Below, piece after piece: positions 1 through 9,326 of a DNA stretch of 64,000 nucleotides. Where the stretch lies: IMG/VR virus record IMGVR_UViG_3300025949_000023, positions 8,044 to 72,043 of that record. One strand, 5' to 3'. The DNA comes from a virus. Below the pieces are notes generated by a model. The model searched no databases and was not told the origin of the DNA. It saw only the letters and a list, made by a program, of their open reading frames with translations. Each line of letters opens with the position of its first letter. Position 1 is the first letter of the stretch. Both the position numbers and the translations under genes were made by a program.

Positions 1-2567
1 ACATTATTAACAGTGTCAAACACCATTGGGTTTGTACCTGTATAAGCATTTGTCCCTGATTTTGTAATAGTGTTACTCATTACAGATAGCACGTTAGATT
101 TGCGCGCCCATACAAATCTTTGGGCATTATTAAATGTTGCGGCAACCCTATTGTAGTTTAAGGAACTTGTTACGGAGTTAAATTCAAAATTGTTATTGTG
201 TATGCTGGTAACGTAGTTTGAACTATCTACCGTTATATTATCATCCGAATTGCGCCAAAAATTATTGCTGTAAACCTCTGTGTTTTGTGCCGTACCTCTT
301 ACTATTATACATTTGCCGTTCGTAAGGAAATTATTTACCCCTATTTTGGTAAATGTACCTTGCACCTCTACCACGCAGCTATCAGCATACCTTGTTTCAA
401 ATTCGTTATATTGAATTATATCGCCGGGGCTGCTGGTACACCTGCTTATTACTGCTTTTTTTGAAAGGTTGTAAAAGTCATTATTAAGTATATAGTGTTG
501 CCCCGTTCCGCCACTTATAGCTACCGAACTGTTAGTAAAATGGCACTCGTTAAAACTCCAGCTATCAGTAGTTCCGTATCCCGTAAAGCTGGTATCGCCG
601 CCATTAAAATAAACGTTGTATATCTTCCCTAACCCAACCGTTTTTAACCCTGCTGTGCTGTTTGTGGTTTGCCTCATAAGCATAAGCCTTACGCCTGTAC
701 CGGGTCGCTGGTTGCCTAATATAGCAATGTTTTTTATATTTATCCCCTGTGAACGGTAATTAGTTACCTCACTTGCACTGGTAACAAATCCATTGGTGTT
801 ATTATAAAATATAACCCCCGTCATTATCTTGTAAATAATGCTATCAGTTGCGTTCACAAATTGCGTGGGAAATAATGGGTTTTGCCCTTCAATCACTGTT
901 CCGTTACCCAATATAAGACTATCGCCAACACCCCATATACCTGTATTTCGCTTAGTAAAAATTACTTTTGTATTACGCGCTGGATAAGCGTTTATGGCAA
1001 GCTGTATAGCCGCCTTATTATCTGTACCAGTACCCGTAAGCAAATCCCAATCATCTACTGCACCAAACCATGCTACATTAAGCCCGTTAGCTTGGCTGTA
1101 TTGCCTTACCCACCATTTATTAGCACCTAACCCTGTTGCTGCAAACCTTGTACCTCCATCTGCTGTAAGAGTGCTTGAATTAACCAGCAAAAAGTTACCA
1201 CCCCTTAATGTATCTGTTACATAAACACTTGTACTTGCCCCTGTATAGGCTTGCATGGCTGCGATAGATGCAAAGTTTGTTGCACCGCTAAATGCTGTTG
1301 CGGCTACTGCTTTTACTACGCTATCGGTAGTGCCTTTTACTAAAATACTATCGCTGCTGCTGCCTTGTGGGGTATTGGCTATTTTTACTTTACCGTAACG
1401 GTCTACGTTAACAAACAAGCTATCATTCTGCTTAATAGTAAGCAAGCTACCAGTATTGGGAGATATTACTGTTGGGTTTATGGTAACTATATTATAAGTA
1501 GCACCCGCACCGCCTGTTACACCCATGCTTACTTTTGGTGTAAACGCCCATACGGTTTGGTTGTCTGTACCTGTACTGTCAAGCAACGTATAATCCACTT
1601 CTGATATATTCCCCTCTAATAAAGTACCACCTATGTATTGATGCAATGGCAATAATTTATTGGTACGGAATATTACATCAGAAGCCCCTAAACTTGTTCC
1701 ATTATTCTGCCTGCTTATACCCCAATCGAGCGTACTTTGTTTACCATTATTAAAATGCCCCCAATAAAGCCCTGCCTGTATGGTGTCAGTTCCTTTGGTA
1801 GTAATTTCAAAATTTCGGTATTCTATTGGGTCAGCTACCTGTCCTTCATATATAAACCTTCTGCCACTTGCATAAGGCATATCAAAGTCTCCGTAGTTTC
1901 TTGTTATTGGGGTTATTAATGAAATGCTGTCGGCATTTACATAAATATCGCTGCTGGATATATTATTATTTGCGTAAATGTGTGTAGCCCCATTAGGCTC
2001 TGCGACAAGCCCGGTGCTTGCAGATGTAGATATTTTTTGAGCTGCTACAAAAGCCCCATTACTATTAACGCCAACTCGATTAAGCGTATCTCCCGTTGCT
2101 CCATGACTTGTTACAAGACCATTTCCTTCACCATTAGTCAGCAAACCGTATAGGTCTACCGTAAATCCTTTAGAGCTGTCAAAATTTATTATATGCCCGT
2201 GCTGGTTCACATAATAATCAGCTAACAAGTCGGGGTTTTCAGCCATTGTGCTATTCCATGATGGGGGTGTAGTTATTCCGCCTGTTGTAACCGGCACCCA
2301 GGCGTTCCCGCCTATACTCCATATATACATGGTGTCCCCATGGAATCGAATGCCATTAAGGCCATCTACCGGTTTATAGTCGCCGATACGCGGTGTAAAC
2401 TGTACGCCGAAACTGTCCAGGCGTACTATACCTATTTCGTAATAAGCGCTTGTAGCGCGCGGGCTGGGCAGCGTAGAAGGCTTTGCTGTCTGCGAGTAAG
2501 CTATTATGCTTACAAATAAAAATAAAGCCGTAAATAAGGCTTTAAATGCTTTTGGGAATAGTTTCAT
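1..2567 (-). CDS. Tailspike/beta-helix depolymerase-like protein with N-terminal Sec signal peptide (runs off window start, >855 aa; absent from ORF track)
   Basis: ATG at 2567 gives MKLFPKAFKALFTALFLFVSIIAYS|QTAK. The in-frame motif NVAWFGAVDDWDLLTGTGTDNKAAIQLAIN (~aa 497-526) is a typical pectate_lyase_3/tailspike beta-helix start, followed by Asn/Ile-rich rungs. The ORF track lists no minus-strand ORF here, consistent with no stop before base 1. Confidence 0.8.
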   Translation of the reverse strand, partial: MKLFPKAFKALFTALFLFVSIIAYSQTAKPSTLPSPRATSAYYEIGIVRLDSFGVQFTPRIGDYKPVDGLNGIRFHGDTMYIWSIGGNAWVPVTTGGITTPPSWNSTMAENPDLLADYYVNQHGHIINFDSSKGFTVDLYGLLTNGEGNGLVTSHGATGDTLNRVGVNSNGAFVAAQKISTSASTGLVAEPNGATHIYANNNISSSDIYVNADSISLITPITRNYGDFDMPYASGRRFIYEGQVADPIEYRNFEITTKGTDTIQAGLYWGHFNNGKQSTLDWGISRQNNGTSLGASDVIFRTNKLLPLHQYIGGTLLEGNISEVDYTLLDSTGTDNQTVWAFTPKVSMGVTGGAGATYNIVTINPTVISPNTGSLLTIKQNDSLFVNVDRYGKVKIANTPQGSSSDSILVKGTTDSVVKAVAATAFSGATNFASIAAMQAYTGASTSVYVTDTLRGGNFLLVNSSTLTADGGTRFAATGLGANKWWVRQYSQANGLNVAWFGAVDDWDLLTGTGTDNKAAIQLAINAYPARNTKVIFTKRNTGIWGVGDSLILGNGTVIEGQNPLFPTQFVNATDSIIYKIMTGVIFYNNTNGFVTSASEVTNYRSQGINIKNIAILGNQRPGTGVRLMLMRQTTNSTAGLKTVGLGKIYNVYFNGGDTSFTGYGTTDSWSFNECHFTNSSVAISGGTGQHYILNNDFYNLSKKAVISRCTSSPGDIIQYNEFETRYADSCVVEVQGTFTKIGVNNFLTNGKCIIVRGTAQNTEVYSNNFWRNSDDNITVDSSNYVTSIHNNNFEFNSVTSSLNYNRVAATFNNAQRFVWARKSNVLSVMSNTITKSGTNAYTGTNPMVFDTVNN

Positions 2568-2584
2568 ATTGGGAAAGTGTTTCC

Positions 2585-2592
2585 CAAATGTA
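2585..2592 (-). promoter_or_regulatory. Bacteroidota sigma-A -7 element (TACATTTG) upstream of the tailspike gene
   Basis: caaatgta on + reads TACATTTG on -, matching TAnnTTTG, ~18 nt before the ATG. It adjoins the inverted repeat TGGGAAA-gtg-TTTCCCA. Confidence 0.5.
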
Positions 2593-2667
2593 GAATATTT
2601 GGCTGATTGATAGCCACGGCATTATCTTAGCATCACTTTCATTTAATAATCATAAACTAAAAAACAC

Positions 2668-2931
2668 ATGAAAAAAGCAATCATTGCTACCATCGCACTC
2701 ATTGGCCTTTTCTCTTTTCAATCGCCAAACACGCAACGTTTTTACCAGTTTGCAGTACCGGAAAACTACGCCAGGCAGGCTGTATTGTTAGTGCAGGGCC
2801 ACTCCGAACAGGTAAGCGCCGCCGATAGCCGGTTAATAGAAGATTATATCGTAAACCAATACCTGCAGCAATCACGTAACTTTTACGTGCAGGACAGCAC
2901 TAAGGCTGCACAATCAAAAGGAAAGCATTAA
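2668..2931 (+). CDS. Small secreted/membrane protein, divergent from the tailspike gene
   Basis: 87 aa; MKKAIIATIALIGLFSFQ signal-like N-terminus; AAACAC-ATG start context. Confidence 0.65.
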   Translation: MKKAIIATIALIGLFSFQSPNTQRFYQFAVPENYARQAVLLVQGHSEQVSAADSRLIEDYIVNQYLQQSRNFYVQDSTKAAQSKGKH

Positions 2932-3512
2932 ACCAGCGGGATAAAGTATAGGCCGGTAACAATATAAGTTTCGCCGTCCGATACGCCTTGATTGAACGTT
3001 ACAACAGCATTATCATCACTATACGCCACACTTACCGATACCTGTAATGGGTCATTCTCTGGTAAGTTGGCGTTTGGTGTTTCTACAGATATGCTTTGGT
3101 TTAAAATATCCGATACATTTATAGTTAATTCTGTATCTCCGGCATTCATAGGTGAGCCGGGTTGACCTACAGTAAACTGTATTCTTAAAAACGATATTGA
3201 GGTTTTCACGCCTGTAGATGGGTTTACAATTACACCACCGGCATTGTCCAGTATTTGATTGGCCTGCGCAATATACTTTCCACACAAAGAATACATATAA
3301 GTAGCCACGGCCTGAAAATTAGTGCTACTACTGTCCCACGTAAAAGCCCAGCCAACAATATCCGCAAAAAACCCTAAAAGGAAAGGTAGTTTGTTATTCC
3401 CCTTAGTTGTGCCCCACTGCATCACCCCCTGCCGTGAATTATCATCCGCAGCAAGAAACTGGCTTATTTCAGCCGTATCAATCCATGTCGTTATAGTTGC
3501 CGGGTTTATCAT
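2928..3512 (-). CDS. Putative tail hub/fibre-attachment protein
   Basis: 194 aa; helical N-half and beta-rich C-half; lies in the tail operon with an ATGA-type overlap. Confidence 0.5.
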   Translation of the reverse strand: MINPATITTWIDTAEISQFLAADDNSRQGVMQWGTTKGNNKLPFLLGFFADIVGWAFTWDSSSTNFQAVATYMYSLCGKYIAQANQILDNAGGVIVNPSTGVKTSISFLRIQFTVGQPGSPMNAGDTELTINVSDILNQSISVETPNANLPENDPLQVSVSVAYSDDNAVVTFNQGVSDGETYIVTGLYFIPLV

Positions 3513-4042
3513 TGGAAAAATATTGTAGAGTTGTTTGCAATGGCATTAAACCTGTTTATCGCGGCTTGGGCGCTTGATTGGTCTTGACGGTAACCAGCTA
3601 TTGTAGCCATTTTATAGTTGCTGTATACGGCCATGAAATTCTGCCAGTAGTTTGGAATATTTAGCACCGAAGGGTCGGCCTGTATCTGCTGGCTAATGCC
3701 ATACAAAAACTGTAGCATATTTGCCGTCAAGGTATAAATGGCACTTGACGTGTATGTATTTGCGGAATCCGGTGAAACAGGTGTCAATATCAAATCAATC
3801 CTTAAAGCATAATCAGCCGTCTGGCCATCTATGGTTAGTATATCGCTGGGGTAATTGGTGTATGAAAAAGGTGTAGGCGTATATGTTTGTAGCGTTCCGT
3901 CTGAATAGTAAATATTCAATACCCTGCTTGAAATGGCAGATTTACCCCCTACCAGGTCGTCATAGTTGCTGGTGTCCTGCACCGAATATGATGCACCTGT
4001 GGATGCTTGTACTACCTGTATTGCGGCAACGAAAGCTGGCAT
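3509..4042 (-). CDS. Putative tail hub/adaptor protein
   Basis: 177 aa; beta N-half and helical C-half; position between ejection proteins and tailspike. Confidence 0.5.
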   Translation of the reverse strand: MPAFVAAIQVVQASTGASYSVQDTSNYDDLVGGKSAISSRVLNIYYSDGTLQTYTPTPFSYTNYPSDILTIDGQTADYALRIDLILTPVSPDSANTYTSSAIYTLTANMLQFLYGISQQIQADPSVLNIPNYWQNFMAVYSNYKMATIAGYRQDQSSAQAAINRFNAIANNSTIFFQ

Positions 4043-4100
4043 AACTTTAAGATTGTGGTGTAAATATATTATTTTTCGATTGGCTTTTCTTTATTTACCA

Positions 4101-7100
4101 CTAATCAGGATTTTTGGGCTTGTTTACGTGTACGCCTGTTCCAAGCATATTCATAATCATCATTGTCCAATCGTTTTCACCCTGCGCCCCTGTAAGTAAA
4201 TTCTGAATAGGTATAGGTGTCATGCCACGAGCCTGAGAGCCAATGAATGAAGGCATAGTTGCCCAAAAGTTCCCCTGCTGCCCGCCATAGTTCCACTTAG
4301 AGAATTGACCGGTAAGTTTACCGCCTTTTTGTTCCCCAGGTATATGGTATATTCCTTTTTTATTATGGCCGGCTTTTTTATAAACGCCCTTATCATCCAT
4401 ACCTAACAGTTCATCTAATGTTGTCCAGCTTTTACCTTGCCAGTCTTTCCCCGTTCCCATTTCAACTGCCGCTTTGGTTAAAAATGCTGTTTTAGCTGAT
4501 AAAAATTTAACTGGGTCCTCTACTGCTTTTATTGGGTCTGAGTATGCTCCAAATATACTGAAATATGCCTTTTTACCTTTGTCTCCACCCGCCCAATGGT
4601 ATAAAGGAGAAATATCTACCATAAGCCATCTTAAATCTCCATACTCCCACGCTTCCTTATACCTGCGAGTAAAGGCCTGTTCCCAGTCCTCTCCATCTTG
4701 TTCATCCATAAATGATAGTGCTGCATTGGTAAAAGCAGTTATCATAGCACCCCTCAAAATAACACGCGCCCATGCTTTTCTGTACAATGTACCTTCTTCT
4801 CCTAAATCGAAAGCCTTTTTAGCAAATCGAAGGTTAGAAAAAGTCCAGTCAGTAGCCAAAAAAATCAATGATGAAATATGCCTAACTGTTGGGTCGCGCA
4901 TAATATTCGGTATGCTTTTATTGGTAAACGGTATTTTGGTTTCCCTTATCCTATCCCAATTAATACCTCCATACTGGTCATTAATTAATGATGCCACACG
5001 CTGCGCAACTTCATTTGGATTTGCTTCTGGGTTTTTTCTTAACTCATGCTTGTATAAATTAACAGCCTCAAAGGCCTTTAAACCTGCTCCGTAAGTCTCA
5101 AACAGCCTTTTGTGCATAGCTTCGTTCAAAGCCTTCATTTTATCTTTCGATACCTTGGTAAATGCGGTTTTATCCATCTGCTTGTCCAGCCAACTTTGAT
5201 GGCTGCTAATGCCTTCTTCAAAATCTGCCCTACGCCCAATAGTAAGCCCACCGCGTATTAGTTTTATTAACTCCGGAGATTGTTCTTCAATAAGTTTTAT
5301 ACCTCCGTCGCGGGCAGTCAATGGATTTATATGAGGGCCGCCTTTTTCTCCTTTTCCAACCAAAAGATGGGCTAAAGAGAAGGCTCTGTTGTGATAAAAT
5401 GAAAAAGATAAAATGGAGTGCTTTACATCCCTGTTAAATTTTGTCAGATTTTTAAGCCGTTCTTTAAGTATAGATGGTTGCGTAATTTGGTTTAAACTTC
5501 TGGCTATCTTTTTAGGGGCATATACACTTCTCTTTTCCATAACAGTGCCATTTGGGGAAATCAAAACATTTTTGTCACGTCCCAGCACTTGTATTTCATC
5601 GGGAGTATAGTCCTCTAACTTTTTATTATAAACCCATTTTTTAAATCCGTAAGATTTTATTTCTTCATATTCCGGCAGCTTACTGGTACTAAATAGCGGC
5701 TCCATTATTGGTTTCCCATCGAAGTCAGTTTCTCCGGTTTCATATTTAATACTTAGCCCATGGTTTAATAACTTTCTGGCCTCAATAACATTTCCTATTT
5801 CCTGCATTAAAATACCCAAGTTATTGGTAGCGCCCTGAATAGCCAGTTTATAACCTTTAGAGTACCCCTCAATTATTGTATCAAGAGTACGTTCAATAGT
5901 GTGCCTGGTATTTGTTTTAAACCGGCTCCATTGCTCCGTGGCCGGTTTGTCACCAAAGTCCCATGCGCGTGCCACGTAATTATCAATAACATCCCTTATT
6001 ATCTCGCTGTTTTTAGCCAGCAAGCCTATCTGCTGGTATTGCGCTTTAATATCCTCAGCAATCTGTTTTTGCTCCGGTGTAAGGTTTTGGGACAAATCCA
6101 CCAACTTCTGCTGGTCAGGCGTAAGCTTATCATAGTACCGCTGAAGGTGTTCTGGGTTTCTCTGTAAATCAAGATACAAGTGTATCGCCCGGTCTACGTT
6201 ATTGGCTTTTTCCGTTCTGCCTTTCCCTTCGGGAACAGTAGCCCTTATTTGATTTTGCAAGTTTCTTACTGTTTGCTGGGAACGAAACCTCAGCACTTCC
6301 TTATTCCCCAAATATTCATCTTCTGTCTTGTAATATTCTTTCTCGGCTTTTTCAAGACTATCAAATCTTTGTTTTTTAGTAAATGGATTGGCCTGCGCAT
6401 CTCCAAGTATAGCCCTCGCTACACCCTCACTCATGTTTTGTGCCTTTAGGTAAGACATGGCTTGTGCATCTGTTGCCCCATCCATAACGTATTGTGCAGC
6501 TTTTTCCCTGGCCTTATCATTAAGTCCAGTATTTTCACGCACTACCATTTCAGCCAAGTCCTGTTCATCTTGGTCTAATCCCTGTTTTTTAAGGTCAGCT
6601 ACTGCCATCCTAATGGCATTAGTAATGTCAACTCCGGCCATTACAGAAGCGTGTATTACATCAATAAACCCGTTCCATATTTGTGGGGGGAAGGGAAGGG
6701 AGTAAAGGCTATCTTCTTTTATTTTTAATTTAAGGATGGCATCAGAAATTCTTTGACGTGTATTAGCATGCGTTTTCTCGTCTATTTGTGTTTGAGCAAA
6801 CTCTTTATCTGTTTCGTTTATATCAGGAAACATTTCAACATTTGCCTGCTGGAGTTCCATTGAGGCGCCTTGTTCTGGCAGGCTGTCCCTGTACTCCCCC
6901 ATAGCTTTCTTAACAAGTTCCTCTGTACGCCCCGCAGAAGCGATTTTAAGGTCTTTTTCCGGCACTTCACTCAGCATTGAGTAATCAGTACCCAAACGTT
7001 TGTTGACGCTGTTTAAAGCCTCATTAGGGTGCGAATAGCCCATATTCATAGCCCTGTCGAAATCAATCTTTGTCTGCTCAGGTGTTATGCGTACATCATT

Positions 7101-7184
7101 TTTTAGTGCATGGTCTAAAAAAGAAGAAACACCCTTTAGGGGGGTGCCATCAATAGTAAACGTACAATCTTTAAACTGTATCAT
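4101..7184 (-). CDS. Large internal virion (ejection/cargo) protein
   Basis: 1027 aa, helical; C-terminal region resembles large polyvalent/ejection proteins (INDQYGGINW, TGKDWQGK); single Cys at residue 7. Confidence 0.65.
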   Translation of the reverse strand: MIQFKDCTFTIDGTPLKGVSSFLDHALKNDVRITPEQTKIDFDRAMNMGYSHPNEALNSVNKRLGTDYSMLSEVPEKDLKIASAGRTEELVKKAMGEYRDSLPEQGASMELQQANVEMFPDINETDKEFAQTQIDEKTHANTRQRISDAILKLKIKEDSLYSLPFPPQIWNGFIDVIHASVMAGVDITNAIRMAVADLKKQGLDQDEQDLAEMVVRENTGLNDKAREKAAQYVMDGATDAQAMSYLKAQNMSEGVARAILGDAQANPFTKKQRFDSLEKAEKEYYKTEDEYLGNKEVLRFRSQQTVRNLQNQIRATVPEGKGRTEKANNVDRAIHLYLDLQRNPEHLQRYYDKLTPDQQKLVDLSQNLTPEQKQIAEDIKAQYQQIGLLAKNSEIIRDVIDNYVARAWDFGDKPATEQWSRFKTNTRHTIERTLDTIIEGYSKGYKLAIQGATNNLGILMQEIGNVIEARKLLNHGLSIKYETGETDFDGKPIMEPLFSTSKLPEYEEIKSYGFKKWVYNKKLEDYTPDEIQVLGRDKNVLISPNGTVMEKRSVYAPKKIARSLNQITQPSILKERLKNLTKFNRDVKHSILSFSFYHNRAFSLAHLLVGKGEKGGPHINPLTARDGGIKLIEEQSPELIKLIRGGLTIGRRADFEEGISSHQSWLDKQMDKTAFTKVSKDKMKALNEAMHKRLFETYGAGLKAFEAVNLYKHELRKNPEANPNEVAQRVASLINDQYGGINWDRIRETKIPFTNKSIPNIMRDPTVRHISSLIFLATDWTFSNLRFAKKAFDLGEEGTLYRKAWARVILRGAMITAFTNAALSFMDEQDGEDWEQAFTRRYKEAWEYGDLRWLMVDISPLYHWAGGDKGKKAYFSIFGAYSDPIKAVEDPVKFLSAKTAFLTKAAVEMGTGKDWQGKSWTTLDELLGMDDKGVYKKAGHNKKGIYHIPGEQKGGKLTGQFSKWNYGGQQGNFWATMPSFIGSQARGMTPIPIQNLLTGAQGENDWTMMIMNMLGTGVHVNKPKNPD

Positions 7185-8450
7185 TTAGAAAGTGTTTATG
7201 CCAAGCTCTTTAAGGCGCTTAACTTTTTTGAAAATATTGTCTAAAGTACCACAATTACAAACAACGCAGTCTCCCTTGATGGTTTCTGCTATTTTGTTGG
7301 CATCGTCCATGGCATCCTGCATTGTGTCGCCTAAACCTATACATGAGCCAATTTCTGCCATCTCAATGCCGCATGGTATAAAGTGCGGCACCCCGTCCTT
7401 GTACATCAAGTTTTTAATCTTTACCCTGTCTTTGTACTTAGTGGGGAAGTATATGGCCTGGCTTTCAGTGAGTGCCCACTCCGATTTTATTATTACCTGG
7501 GCGCCAAACTTAGCAGTGGGCTTTAAATCAGGCACCATGCCGTTTGCCATTTCCCATACCGCCTGTGGAAAGTTGCTGTATATTTCAAGTTGCAGGTCAC
7601 CCGGTGGTTGCGGCATACGTGTGGTGGGGTCAATAAAATACCCTTTCTTCCCGTTCCACCTTACTTCATTTGAGAAAAAGCACTTGTAACCTGCGCCGGC
7701 AAAAATGCCTGAAAGTTTTTTGTTTATATCTTTTAATACCTCGGGCAGCTCGTCATACCGTACAATCTTTCCCAAATAACCGGCATCCTTATCTTCAATA
7801 CCGGTCATTGCAATATCCGGGTAAAGGCCGTTAATGGAAAATCCATCGTAGCCAATTTCCTCAGCTGGGTCAACAGGGTCAACGGCAACAAACGTGGCCT
7901 GTTCGTCAAAAGCACCCAGCGTATGCTTCATTTCTGTTAGCCGGGATGCAGACAAAAGTTTATCATGATAGAGAAACGTTTCGCCGTTCCCGCGTATAAC
8001 ACTGGTTTTTATCCATTTTTCCTTCTCATTTTTGAGAAACTCGTTTAGTTTGCTAAAACCATTCAATACTTTATAACCAGGTACAGGCAATCTTAAATCA
8101 TCCAGCATTTCCATAAACTCGTCCCTATTTATCTCCATGGTTTCGCCCATGCGTGGGGCGAATACTGCTTTACCAAACTTGGTAACAAATAAGTCTGCCA
8201 GTGGCCCTTGGTAAATATCTACTATACAAACAAGGTCAACCTCCTCAATTACCTGCGCCCAATGGTCTACCCGCTCAATATCTGGCACATCCATCCCTAT
8301 GGCAAAACTATTCCAACGCGGAAACGCGGCTTGCCAAAGCGTATTGTAATAAACTTTTTTGCAGTCGCGTGCCATACGCTGTGCAAAGGATACTTCATTT
8401 CCGTACCCAATTACAATACAGGTTACTTCTTTTATAGGTTTGAGTGCCAT
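7185..8450 (-). CDS. PurD/GARS-like ATP-grasp ligase of unknown substrate
   Basis: 421 aa. CIVIGYGNEVSFAQRM, VFAP..GETMEINR, LPVPGY, WIKTSVIRGNG and YFIDPTTRMPQP align by eye with the PurD motifs VLVIGSGGREHAL, IFGP, IPTA, VIKADGLAAGKG and VIEFNCRFGDP. Confidence 0.75.
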   Translation of the reverse strand: MALKPIKEVTCIVIGYGNEVSFAQRMARDCKKVYYNTLWQAAFPRWNSFAIGMDVPDIERVDHWAQVIEEVDLVCIVDIYQGPLADLFVTKFGKAVFAPRMGETMEINRDEFMEMLDDLRLPVPGYKVLNGFSKLNEFLKNEKEKWIKTSVIRGNGETFLYHDKLLSASRLTEMKHTLGAFDEQATFVAVDPVDPAEEIGYDGFSINGLYPDIAMTGIEDKDAGYLGKIVRYDELPEVLKDINKKLSGIFAGAGYKCFFSNEVRWNGKKGYFIDPTTRMPQPPGDLQLEIYSNFPQAVWEMANGMVPDLKPTAKFGAQVIIKSEWALTESQAIYFPTKYKDRVKIKNLMYKDGVPHFIPCGIEMAEIGSCIGLGDTMQDAMDDANKIAETIKGDCVVCNCGTLDNIFKKVKRLKELGINTF

Positions 8451-8460
8451 TATAAGTTAT

Positions 8461-8847
8461 TTAGAGTTCCATTACAGTTCTATCGTACTCCGGCCAGGAT
8501 ATACCAGCGTAAGCGCACATCATCATTTCGATGGAAGTTGCGAAAGTATGCTCGGCTTTATAGGGGGCACCTTCACTAAACCCCGGCTCACTGTCTGCTG
8601 GTACAAGTCCCTGCTGCCTGCGCTTTTCGTAGTATAAGTCATAGTCAAGTATTTGCTGTTCAGTTATTCCCTTCCATTTGGTAAGGCGCTCCTCAATCAG
8701 TTCGTGGATGGCCACAAGTGTTTCGTACTTTTCATCACCCATTTCGCTTACGCGTATCTGCAGCACCCCCAAATCATCATAAAAATAATCGCCGCATGTT
8801 TCATAACGTTGACTATTGTGAGGTATGGTTTTAATGTGTATTTCCAT
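8461..8847 (-). CDS. Small HExxE/zincin-like metalloprotein (putative peptidase)
   Basis: 128 aa; beta hairpin followed by LVAIHELIE and downstream EHTFATSIE potential metal ligands. Confidence 0.5.
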   Translation of the reverse strand: MEIHIKTIPHNSQRYETCGDYFYDDLGVLQIRVSEMGDEKYETLVAIHELIEERLTKWKGITEQQILDYDLYYEKRRQQGLVPADSEPGFSEGAPYKAEHTFATSIEMMMCAYAGISWPEYDRTVMEL

Positions 8848-8848
8848 T

Positions 8849-9325
8849 TTACTTCATTGCAGATACGTAATTACCGGCCGCATCCGGTTTGTCAATGTTT
8901 GTACCGGCCTTTATAGATTGTACACGCTGGCTCACACTACCACCCTGTTTGGTAAAATAATCCTGCACAACATTAGGTGAAGCGTTTTTATAGATATAAT
9001 TCACGATTTCACCCTTATCATTCTTTATTACCACATCCATTTGGTTGTTTGACTTCCCCACCACCGCTATGTGGCCTCTCGCATTTTGACCTGGTATTAT
9101 CACATTATTAAACAGTGCGTAGTTTGACCGGTAAGTAATTTCCCCTTTATAATCCGTTTCGTGGTACCAGCCTTCTTTCCTTGCTGTTTCGGCCTGGTCC
9201 CCCCATGGTGTAAAGTCCTGCTCTTTTGGCGCCGGTGGTTTATTCATCATTTTGGATGCCTGTAAAAGAGCAACCATTTTTCCCGTTTTGGGACTATTAT
9301 TGTTGTTGGCACTACCTGCGGGCAT
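8849..9325 (-). CDS. Hypothetical virion-associated protein
   Basis: 158 aa, tightly packed in the ejection-protein operon, Cys-free. Confidence 0.5.
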   Translation of the reverse strand: MPAGSANNNNSPKTGKMVALLQASKMMNKPPAPKEQDFTPWGDQAETARKEGWYHETDYKGEITYRSNYALFNNVIIPGQNARGHIAVVGKSNNQMDVVIKNDKGEIVNYIYKNASPNVVQDYFTKQGGSVSQRVQSIKAGTNIDKPDAAGNYVSAMK

Positions 9326-9326
9326 A

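Noticed and set aside
7185-8450. Annotating the ATP-grasp protein as purD (auxiliary metabolic gene)
   Set aside because: Catalytic and substrate motifs diverge, no other pur genes are present, and the context is structural
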